Below, piece after piece: positions 12,001 through 23,026 of a DNA stretch of 64,000 nucleotides (the first letter of the stretch is position 1; the number at the start of each line of letters is the position of its first letter). A program made the translations under genes and the position numbers. The notes under the pieces are model-generated. The model was not told the DNA's origin and did no database searches. It was given only the letters and a program-made list of their open reading frames with translations. Origin of the DNA: Mobula hypostoma (lineage: Eukaryota); NCBI RefSeq assembly GCF_963921235.1, contig NC_086097.1, positions 192,264,001 to 192,328,000 on the forward strand, in the 5' to 3' direction.

Positions 12001-14332
12001 CTCCAAGAATGAAATCTGCTGCTGACGTTCATGTAAAATCAATTGGCAAAATGAAATAACAAATTCAGTCTGCTGAGTGTGCAGATGGGTTGCAGAATTC
12101 TATATTTGATAATGGAACATGCAGAAGTCTGGAACTTGTTACAGTTTAAAGTGTTCCTTGTGAAACTGAGATATCAGTCAGCAAGATCCAGGTCAACAAA
12201 ACATTAAAACATATTAAGATGATATATTAAATCCAAGGAAGATAATGGATACATTTTCTCTCTTGATGACCTTTCTGGGTGCAATACTATGCATGAAAAA
12301 TACAAATTTAATTTCAAATGTGGACTTCAGATCCCTTGCTGATCAGAAGAAAACATGTGTTAATATTTATCCCTTAGGCTATGGTTATGTTACAGCTATT
12401 CCATTGACATAAACAAACAGGGTGAGATGGTAACAGATTTCACATGTCATGAGTCGACGTGTTAATTTTCATATATTCTTTTCTTTGCTGTGTAATTTCT
12501 TTAAGCTTAGAGGTAAAGCAGAAATATGTAGTGGTATATTATTTTTGCCTACATAACTGCTCTAAATATACACAAATGAGATTCATTGGATGTAAGGATT
12601 ACTGAATTTGGAATAAGGTAAATGTAATCTTATTTCTCTTATTTTTCACTCAATAGTTGATTTGTTAACCCTGTAAGTAAAACAGAAACAGAGCAAAGAT
12701 GACCTAAAATGGGAACTTCATGTCTCTTTCCACACATCTTATCAAAGTTGGTGAATCTTCCCAGCATTTTAGATGTAAATGTGAAGACATATTTGCTTGT
12801 CAGAGATCAAGACTAAGAGCTGAATGTCCAACAATTATGAAATCCAGGCAAAAAGGTAAAGATAGCATTACTCGTAAAGGATGCAAACCAAATAATATTG
12901 CAAAGGAACAGAAACAGAAAATGCTACAAGCATTCCCACAACTTACTAAACCATAGCAATGGTTCATGGAAATGGAAGAGCAGAAATTGAGGATATCCTG
13001 CTCTGGTGGCATCCTTGCAGAAACTCTTCATCAGTGGCAGATATCCTGCAACTGCAGTATTTTTTAAAATACAATTTCCAACACTGAGGAAGGGTATTGT
13101 CTTGGAATATCAAGGTGTAAAATCAGTCTGGATGGAGCTAAGGTGATTCAAGAGGCAGGAACTTTGGTGGGAGTTGTCTGTAGGTCTCCAAAGATTAGTG
13201 ATTGTGTTGGGAGCAGTATCAAGCAGAAAATGAAGTATGTATGCTTGTCATAGTGGGGGCACTGGGAGCGGATCCAAATGGAAGACATAGACACTGAAGT
13301 ACTAGGAACAGGAGTTGACTAGAGAGCTGGGACAAGAACACAGACTTGGGCTAGGACATTGGCTAGGCAAGCGGGCCAGGACAAGGAACTGGGAACTAGG
13401 AGCCTGGGCTTGGACTCTGAGCTGGAGACTGGTCAAGGACCCAGAACCTGGGTCTTGACTCGGGCTTGGACCCCAGAACTAGGCAAGGACATGACGTGGC
13501 TACAAGACTGGACATAGCTTGGGTACTTCATGGCTTGGGTTCCTCGAGGCGAGGACATGATGAGGCCTGGGTTCCTCGAGGCTAAGGTACTTGGACTCCA
13601 AGCCAGAAACTGGGCAAGGATCCAGAACCTGGGACTTGACTCAGGTTCAGACTCCAGAACTAGGCGAAGACAAGACATGGCTGCAGGATAAGGAGTGGCA
13701 ACAGGACTAGACATGAGACTCCTGGACAGGACAAGGGAACCCCAGCACAGGACAAGGGAACCCCAGCACCAGGCTGGGCGAGACACATGGCAAGACGAGA
13801 ACACAAAGCCGTGGCTTGGACAGGATGAGACCCCAAAGCCTTGACTTGGTCAGGGGAGAGACAGGAATGCAGAGACTTGGTCAAGGGAGAGAGAGGAACA
13901 TGGAACACAGAGCCAGGACCCCTCCTTGGAAACAGGATGTAGGGCCAGGATTCATTATGCAGAATGCAGAATACCACTAGACAGTTCCCAACACAAGGTA
14001 GCGGCAGACAACCAGACCTACCTAGCGAAGGCATGGATACAGATGGTTCCTAACACTAGGTAGCAGCAACTGGCCGGACCTACATAGCAAAGGCAAGGAC
14101 ACAGATCCCAACACTAGGTAGCATCAAACAGCCAGACCTACTTAGTGAAGGCATGGACACAGAGACATTTCAAAACAACAATAGACAGTTCCTTATTTTG
14201 CTCCGGCAATTGAACTAGACAGACAGGGTTACAGGCCAGGCCAGGCCAGGAGAAGTGAGGCAACAAAAGGAAGGGGAATGGAAAGGATTCAGACAGGGGA
14301 TATGGACATGAACGATCCAGCAGCCAGAGGCT

Positions 14333-16324
14333 GCTTCTGCTTCTTCTTCTTCTTTTTTGTTTTATGGCAGTTGGCAACCAGTTTTTCAGTTCATTACCGC
14401 CACCTGCTAGACTTGTGGTGTTCCAACCAAATATGTCCTGGAGTTCTCTACTTTAGACAATCTAGTTCAGCCTGCAGTTCTCTGTTAGCATCACTCTGTA
14501 GTTGCAATTCCTCATGAATGCTTAATGCACTCATTAGATAATACCGCAAACTGCTATTCTTCCCTAATTTTGTCACATGTTTTCATGTAGTTGCATTACC
14601 TCAATTACATTGATTTCATCTACATCACTTGTAAGACTAAAATCGTCTTGTTAAAGAATAGTAATTATCGCACATTATACTTCTAAAATTGCTGTTTTTC
14701 CAAATCTATCTGCTTTTTCAGGTTTTCCTTTTCTTGGATCGTAGCCTGCAGTTGTTTACTGAGACCTTGGAGTTCTTCTTCATTTGTTTCCATGTTTTCA
14801 TTTTATAATCTGAATGTAGATAATTCACTTTGCAACAAATTCTTTTTCCTTTTGTATCCTTGTAATAATTTCCTCCATTTTCCAATCTCTTTTCCAACTC
14901 ACAGTTGTTCTTGTCGGGTACTTCTATTTGTTGTTGGAATTCTGCACATTTACCCTGGGCTTCAACCATAAAATCTGAGGATTTTCCTTAAGTTCTGAAA
15001 GATATTTCTTAAATTCTTGACCATTTGCAATAAATATACTGCCATTAAGATTCCATCTCCCCTGCCTGTGAACTGTTGGATCCTCCATTCAGCATTTCTT
15101 TGACTTCTTCCCACCTAATCCTTTTAATACCAAGATACTTTTCTGCAGACTTGACTGTAATTTTAATTTTTCAGTTATTTTGCTTGTTTGCGCTGAACAA
15201 TTAATTGCATCCACCATAAAAAGTGTGAAATCCTTTCTTCTCATTAGTAGTGTATCCTTATTTTTCATATTACAGCCCTCACAATTCACCAGTTTATTAT
15301 TCCCTGTATTCGTTTGTTTGACAACCTTTTTTCAGTGAATTCTTTCACTGCCTCGGCATAACTGATTCCTTGAGTTACTTTTACATATTGTGCCTCAGCC
15401 ACCTTCTTGCAACAAATGCACCCTCGATAAGCTGCGCTGTGTTCCTCACCAAAATTGCTGCATTTCAGCCTAGCTCCTGCTTCACATTTCCCATATTCAT
15501 GTTCTCCAGCACATCTCCCACATCTTTGTTTTCCTCTGCAGACCACTGCAATGTGCCTGAATTTCTGATATTTATAGCATCTTAAAGGTGGTGGTATATA
15601 TATTCTAACCGCATAACACATATACCCTAAGTAAACGTTAGTCGGCAATCTCTCTTCATCAAAGTTAATTATTACTGATAAACTATCACACTTTTTCCCC
15701 ATTTCTTGTAACTTTCAGACGTTTGGCCTCAGTAATTTTGCTCCTTTTACGTTCTGTTTAATCTCATCCGTAATAACTTTTGTTGGTATCCCCGAAATAA
15801 CTCCTCTAGTCCACTTTCTATTGTTGGGTATTGAGCATTGTACTTCTTTGCCATCTATTTTACTTAATCTTATCACTTAGCCTTGCTGAGCACTATCCCA
15901 ACAAATCACTAATAGCAATCCATTTCGTAAAATCTTTGCTCTTTTAATCTCACCTATAATTTTGTTGGGCATCTTCGTCAAATGAATCGGGTTCCAATCA
16001 CCAAAGGACACCTTGTCTTCGGTTAGTTTTATAATTGCTTTAATCTCATCTTCTATCCATTGCTTTGCTGTCCTGTTTTGATCATCTGCTGACTCCGCAG
16101 AGTTTGATATCCCATTCCTCTGCATTCTTTTCTTCCTCTTTCCATTCCTTTCCTTTTCCCACCGACCTCCATCTCTAGTTCACTTCCACTCTCACCAAAA
16201 ACTTCCTTTAACAGCTTGGCTCTTTCCTTGATGTTCTCCCTCTGCACCATTTTCCAGTGAGCTCCACAATCAACTCCCGCTCTCTTACTCACAATGTCCA
16301 ACACTCAAACACCACCACCAGCCA
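14333..16324 (-). mobile_element. Internally deleted Nimb/I-clade LINE (ORF1, first codons of ORF2, foreign segment, 3' tail)
   Basis: 12-bp TSD CAGCCAGAGGCT (14321-14332, 16325-16336); 3' end AGGTGGCGGTAATG...(GAA)n; ORF2 start remnant MAVYLLQ/ANGQEFKKYLSELKENP/WLKP at ~14955-15045. Confidence 0.85.
15089..16304 (-). pseudogene. Gag-like ORF1 of I/Nimb-clade LINE with three CCHC-type knuckles, frameshifted
   Basis: 'YIPPPLRCYKYQKFRHIAVVC', 'CGRCAGEHEYGKC' and 'KCSNFGEEHSAAYRGC'; upstream 'AKILRNGLLLVIC'. Confidence 0.85.
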
Positions 16325-18149
16325 CAGCCAGAGGCTAAATCCTGAAGCTATTTATGAAGCCAGCCCAAACAAGAACCAGCTGCCTCAACAGAAACTGGGA
16401 GGAGCATGGACCGGACCATGAACCGGAATGTGGATTTCATGAACCAGACCATGAACTGGAATGCGGAATTCATGGACTGGACCATGACAATGCTATAAGG
16501 TAAATACAGCAGTAATGGGTGATTTTAATTTACAGCAGTCTGTAGATTAAACATATTATTAAAAAAGGAGTCACAGGGAACTGCAGATGCTGGACTTGGA
16601 GCATTAAATGATTTGCTGCAGGAGCTCAGTGGAGTGAGCAGGATATGAACAGATGGGGTAGGGGAAGGGGAAGAATTCTTGATGTTTCCAGGTGAAATTC
16701 CAAAATAAGAACTGAGGTTTAATATCTTCCTGATGGGAGATGGAAATGCATGAAGGTTAAACATCCATAGTGAAGATGAGATGGTGGGATCCAGGGAACC
16801 TCAAATACTCAAAATGGTGGACTCAGACATAGGTGTCTCAGATATAGATGGGAAAGGAATGGACAAAGGGAGGCAGGATCAAATCAAGATATGAGGAAAT
16901 GTTGGTTCCTTATCATCAGGAATTGGAGAATTTATAACGGGAAACAAAAAAGCACATTTAAACAATTGTAAAAAAAAATCCTAGAAATGCTAGACACACA
17001 AGTGTATATTGAAAACAAAGAATTAATCGAAATTAACATCAGTTAAAAAAGAATACTCTTGGTCTGTCAGTCTAGCCCCTTCCACCATGTTTGTCCACCT
17101 GCGCTGCACTTTCTCTGTAACAATATATTCTGCATTCTGTTATTGCTTTCTCCTTGTACTACCTCAACATACTTATGTTTTGAAATGATTTATATGTTTG
17201 ATTTGCAAGACAGAGTTCTTCATTCTATCTCAGTGCTTGTGACAGTAATAAATCAATTACTAATTACCAGGATAATGCTGGAGAAATGAAGGACATTGAA
17301 GGCTCGTGAATCCCCAAAGATTGATAATCTGCGCCTCAAAGTACTAATAGAGTTTGGAAACAAAGACTACGTTTGTTGCCATCTTCCAAAATGACAAAGT
17401 TCATTGGTCCCACTATTTCAAGTCATCCATTTTCCAGAGAGAACATTGGAACAGCATACTATTTAACTTAATATTGCTATTTAATTTATGTTAATATTAA
17501 TAACTTAAATTAGCTTAAAATGCAAGTGTCTATTATAAATTATGTGATAGCTTGACACTAACAAATCTCAGTGGAATTAGACAGAGACTACATGGATTTA
17601 TGAAAAGATGGAGATATTAGTCAGTGTATCTGGTAGAAAAGATAAGGAAGAACCTTTAGATATGATGTATTTTCCATGTCTGAAGGCCTTTGATCAAATC
17701 CTGCATAAGATATTAGTATTCAAAAGTAAACACATGGGATTGGGGTAGTATACTTGTATAAATTGAAAATTAGTTGAAAGACAGGATGCAGAGAATCAGA
17801 ATAAATAAGACTTTCTCCAGAGGGTGACCAGTGGGGTACTGTAGGAATCATTACTTGGGCCCCATAATATATATGGATTATCTGAATATGAGAATTAATG
17901 TATTATTTTAAAGTCTGATGGTAACATGAAGCAGGGTAAAGTAATTTGTATTATTAAAGTGCATATATATCATCATATACAACCCTGAGATTCATTTTCA
18001 TGTGGGCATACTCAGAAAATCTATAGAGTAGAAACTATAACAGGATCAATGAAGGATCAACCAAAATGCAGACAATAATTGTGCAAATACAAATATAAAT
18101 AAATAGCAATCAATAATGAAAATGTGAGATAATGAGATAAAGAGTCCTT

Positions 18150-19120
18150 AAGACCAGAAAATGTGCAGGTGCTGGAAATTCAAGCAACACACACAAAATG
18201 CTGGAGCAGGCCAGGCAGCATCTTTGGAAAAGGGTAAACAGTGACACCTCAGACCGAGACCCTTCAGCAGGATTGGAAAAAAAAGACGAGAAGTTAGAGC
18301 AAGAAGGTGGGGGGAGAGGAGGAAGAAGTACAAGACGGTAGGTGATAGGTGAAACCAGGAGAGGGCAAAGTTGAAGTAAAGAACTGGGAAGTTGATAGTT
18401 GAAAGATATACAGGGCTGGAGAAGGTGGAATCTGTTAGGATAGGGTAGATGGAAAGAAGGGGGAAGAGCAACAGAGGGAGGTGATCGGTAGGTAAGGAGA
18501 TGAGGTAGGAAAGGTAAATAGGAATAGGAATGGTGAAAGCGGAAGGCTAATTACCAGAAGTTTGAGAAATCGACATTTATACCATTGGGTTAGAGGCTAC
18601 CCAGACGGAATCTAAGGTGTTGTTCCTCCAACCTGAGTGTGGCCACATTGCAGCAGCAGAGGAGTCCATAGTCAGACATGTCAGAATGGGAATGGGAAAT
18701 AAATTGAAATGGATGGCCACCAGGGAATACTGCTTTTCCTGGCCGATGGCGCGTAGGTCCTCGGTGAAGTGGTCTCCCAATCTATGTTAGGTCTCACTGA
18801 TGTACAAGAGGCCACACCAGGAGCACCAGATAACAGTAGATGATCCGAACAGTCTCCCAGGTGAAGTGTTGATTCATCTGGAAGGACAGTTTGGGGACCT
18901 GATTGGTAGTGAGGGAGGAGGTGTAGGGGTAGGTATAGCCCTTGTTCTACTTGCAAGGATAAGTGTCAGGAGCGAAGTTAGTGGGGAAGGATGAATCGAG
19001 GAGTGAATCTTGTAGGGAGCAGTCCCTGTGGAAAGTGGAAAGAGGCAGGAGCGAAAGATGTGCATGGTGGTGGGATCCTGTTGGAGATGGTGGACTCCCC
19101 CTCTGATCCTCCGATGAGGA
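18150..19120 (-). mobile_element. Penelope-like element 3' part: GIY-YIG endonuclease remnant plus pseudo-LTR
   Basis: Minus-strand remnants 'CGLLYISET..RLGDHFTEDL', 'LVAIHF' and 'RLEEQHLRFRLGSL'; pseudo-LTR like 57024-57120. Confidence 0.8.
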
Positions 19121-20991
19121 CTGGCTCATGAACCTCTGCTTTCACTCTCCTGAAGTCTACAATCAGTTTCTTGGTCTTGGTGATATTGGGTGAGAGGTTG
19201 TTGTTATGACACCACTCAGGCTAATTTTCAATCTCCTTCCTGGATCGGGAAAAGGATGCAAATAGGCTTCAAGGTGAATCAGACAATTTGAGCAAACACA
19301 TGCCAGATACAGGATAATGCCCATAAATTTAAAGATATCCACCTTGGTAGGGAAAATAGAAAGGGAGCCTTAAATGGTGACAATCTGGGATGTGTCAGAG
19401 AACAGAAGGAGCCAGTCACTTATGCAAGTATGCAAGCAGAAACACTAGTAAAAAAAGCAATTGATATGTTGAACTTCATGCTGCATCTCTACATTACCTT
19501 GGTAAGACCATACCCGGAGTATTGGGTACAGTTTTTTATCTTCTTACTTACGTAGGAAGGATGCACTTGCCATAGAAGAATGGAGTAAGAATTCATTAGA
19601 CTGACCCCTGGTGATAGCAGTCCTGCATGAGGAGTCTTGGGTTGACTAGATCTGTGCTGACTAAAAAAATGAGAAGAGATAACATTAAAATATTTAAACT
19701 TCACATGGCTGTAGTGTCAAGAACAAAGTGTCACAAAGGGGTAAGAGACAGAACCAAAATGAACAGAATTTTATTTTCACTCAGAGGGTGATATGGAATT
19801 CATTGCCATGGAGGGCTGACAGGCAAAATTACTGAATGTATTTGAAAAGGGGATGGATAAGTTGCTGGATGCAAAAGTATGGAAGGATACAGAGTGTGTG
19901 AATATGGAACTAAGTTGGAGAACTAATTATGATATATTGACTGGAAGAGCAGTCCCAAGTGGCCAGATGACCTGATCATATCCCTATCTTCTATGTTCTA
20001 TGTTCTCCATTTTTATTTTCAATTTCCAGCACCTGTAGTATTTTAGTTTTAGGTCATTATGGACACTGCCTTGGAAAGAAATTTGACTTTGAGGCTGTTT
20101 GCTATATGACTAATTATTAAAAAATGGATTGATCTATCACTTATAGAAAGGTCTATTAACCAGTGGGTGAATGATCTGGTGTGTACCTGGATATATCAGG
20201 ACAGTCCGGCTCCTTAGAGATATGACTGAGGGTATTGGACACAGCATTGTGGGTGCATCAGAAAGGAAATAAAGGCAGATAGTTAGGGTGGGGATGGTCA
20301 GATAATTATATGGTGGGAGGAAGGGATGTTCCTGTGTGAATAATCATGGGATTTGGTGATGATAAAGAAGATCTGGCAGGTGGCCGGAAGGAGTTCAGGG
20401 ATTAGGCAGGTTATCAGACTGGGTTGACAGCATCAGCAACAGGTGGGAGAGAGGGGATGACAGAAATAGGTACAGATACCACAGAGACACTGGAAATGGT
20501 CTGAAGATGAGATTCTTTGAACAATATCAAGGTACTTCTCAGCCTTCTGATAAAGATGTATTTCAATCTCCTTGCTGATTTATGTTTGACATACTTTTGA
20601 CATCAACAGGCATTCTAAATCATTTGACAACACAGTGCAATTCATGGAAAATGGAAAATCAAATAGAATCTGACCTCCTATCTGGAGCTGCTGAGGGCTG
20701 TAAACTCAGCCAGCTCCATCATTGGTAGTAGACTCCCCACCATTGAGAACCTTCAAAAGGTGATGCCTCAGAAGGGTGACATCAGAGAGGAGATTCAGAA
20801 GTCTGAAGGCACACACTCAATGTTTTAGAAACAGCTTTCTCCCCTCCACCATCTGATTTCTAAATGGATAAGGAACTCATGAACACTATTTCACTACTAG
20901 AGGATAAATGGGTGGCTTAGGATTTGGAGCAGGGGGCAGGAATTCAGATTTCTGGATCATTGGGACCTCCTTTGGGGCGGGCGTGACCTGA

Positions 20992-21818
20992 GATGGCCTA
21001 CAGGGACAAGGTCCAGCACTTGGCCGCGTGGTGTGCCAACAACAACCTGGCCCTTAACACCCGGAAGACCAAGGAGATCCTTGTGGACTCCAGGCATGCT
21101 TGCAGCCACACTCATGTCCCCATCTACATCAACGAAGTTGTAGTGGAGCATGTATCAAGCTTCAAATTCTTTGGTGTCCACATTTCTGAGGATCTCACCT
21201 GGTCCCTGAACTCCCCCATCCTAATCAAAAAGGTGAAACAGCGCCTTTATTTCCTGCGGAGCATGAAGAAAGCTCACCTCTGTCCCAGGATACTGATGGA
21301 CTTTTACCGCTGTACCATTGAGAGCATACTCACTAACTGCATCTCAGAGTGGTATGGCAATTGTCCCGTATTGGACTGCAAAGCACTCCAGTGTGTGGTG
21401 AACACTGCCCAGTGGATTATCGGCACCCAACTGCCACCATTGAGAACATCTACCATAAATGCTGCCTGGGTAGGGCGAGAAGCATTATCAATGATGCATC
21501 TCACCCTAATCATGGAATTTTTACTCTCCTGCCATATGGTAGGCCCTACAGGAGCCTCCGCTCCCACACCAGCAGGCACAGGAAGAGTTTCTTCCCTGAG
21601 GCTGTGACCCTGCTGAACCTCACATCACAGCGCCAAGCAGTATTGCACCATTTTGTACTGTCTCAGTACTTTTATATTTGTGTGCTGTAGCACTTAATTT
21701 TTATTCACAGTTATTATGTAAATAACACTATTCTTTGCATTTCTGGTTAGATGCTAACTGCATTTCATTGGTTTTGTATCTGTACTCGGCACAATGACAA
21801 TAAAGTTGAATGTAAATG
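20992..21818 (+). mobile_element. 5'-truncated Rex1/Babar LINE inserted in a CR1 ORF1 remnant
   Basis: 204-aa ORF 'WCANNNLALNTRKTKEILVD...FKFFGVHISEDLTW...QRLYFLR...FYRCTIESILT'; tail AATAAA-gttgaatgtaaatg. Confidence 0.9.
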
Positions 21819-22965
21819 AAAACGACAGGTTGCACTTGAATCTGAGGAGGACCACTATCCTGGCAGGGAGGTTTGCTAAGGCTATTGGGGGGGGAGGGTG
21901 GGAACCGAACTGAAGAGATGGAGGAAGAGGCAGTTGGCTCACAAGTAGAGAAAGCTTGCTTAAAAAGATTGATAAAGAAAGAAGAAAGAGAAAGCTTGGA
22001 GACAGTGCAAGAGGGAGGATAGGCAGATGACAGAGAAGGGATGTGCTCAGACCGATGGTTTGAGATGTGTCTATTTTAATGCAAGAAACAACATGAACAT
22101 GCCCCACTGAAGAGGGAGGGCTCTGAGTTGGCCTCAGCCATTAACTCTTTGGTGAACCGGGCGGTGGGTGCGCGACAGAAGTTAAGAATTTTCTCAGGGA
22201 GGGTACCCATCGCCAACGGGGAGGATGATTACGAGTCCTGGGTAGAACATACCTCTCAGTTGCTAGGTGAGTGACAGTGTTCTGAGGAGGAGAAGCGGCA
22301 AAGATTGGGGGACAGTTTGAGAGGGGCGGCAGCTGAGGTGGTAAAAGGGGTGAGGTTAACCAGCCCCTGGCTTCTTGGAGGGAGTGTCTATTCGCCCCAG
22401 AGGAAGCGTTTGAGCTGACGGGAAGCCCAGTGGAGCTTTTACTGCATCAGGAGAAAGGGGAAAAGCTTTCTGTGTATCTTTTCCGACTTGAGCGTATGCT
22501 AAATTGCTTGAGGCGCCGGGGGGTCATTTCGGCTGCTGAGGTGGATTGGATAAGGATCGACCAGGTACTCATAGGCAGTCTCATAGAGTGTGTCCCCTCC
22601 CCATCTTTTGTTCAGTAGCTCAGAGAGGTAAGGGAGGAGGAGGACGAATTGGAAGCGGAAGAGGGCTCCGTTAACAAGGTACAGTCCTCGGTAGTAGTCC
22701 CTTGTGGTGAAATGACTGGGGCCAGCTCCACACGGGAAACACATAAGGGGGTCGTGGCAGGTGCGGTCCCTCTGCGGGAGGGGACTAGTGGAGAAGGCCC
22801 CTCCCAGAAGGGGTGGACGGCACTGAGGCCAAGCGGAGGCTGGGGTCCGGCGAGGCGAGGCGTGTGCTATAACTGCGGGGAAGAGGGGCACTTCAGGCGG
22901 GAATGTGAATGGCAGGGAGCCCCTCGGAGGGAGAGTCCCCGGGTGTCCCAGCAGGAAGGGGGGTC

Positions 22966-23026
22966 AGGAAACCTAGAGGGGACTCAGTGAGGGAACGGAC
23001 TGGAGTCTCTGGGAAAATACATTCCC
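22966..23026 (+). promoter_or_regulatory. Candidate -1 ribosomal frameshift signal at the gag-pol overlap
   Basis: A_GGA_AAC in the gag frame, 5-nt spacer, stem GGGGACTC-AGT/ACT-g-GAGTCTCT, loop GGGAA complementary to downstream TTCCC; pol is in the -1 frame. Confidence 0.65.

Larger units (their letters stand above)
13246..16489 (-). mobile_element. Solo LTR (~1.24 kb net) rich in internal tandem repeats, interrupted by a Nimb-like LINE
   Basis: TGTCA...TGACA termini; 5-bp TSD ATGCT (13241-13245, 16490-16494); flanks rejoin as CR1 endonuclease sequence; minus-strand 3' end resembles that of LTR 41209-41694. Confidence 0.85.

Noticed and set aside
13985..14160. ~60-bp repeats as a CRISPR-like array
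   Set aside because: The units are head-to-tail with no unique spacers, lie inside a TSD-flanked LTR in eukaryotic DNA, and have no cas genes nearby.
18238..18276. Additional hammerhead motifs here, at ~32580 and at ~46575
   Set aside because: The catalytic boxes are mutated (for example CUGCUGA and GAGG), so these are relics.
20175..20595. Purine-rich island ending TTTGACA, possibly an old LTR
   Set aside because: No matching 5' terminus or TSD could be identified.
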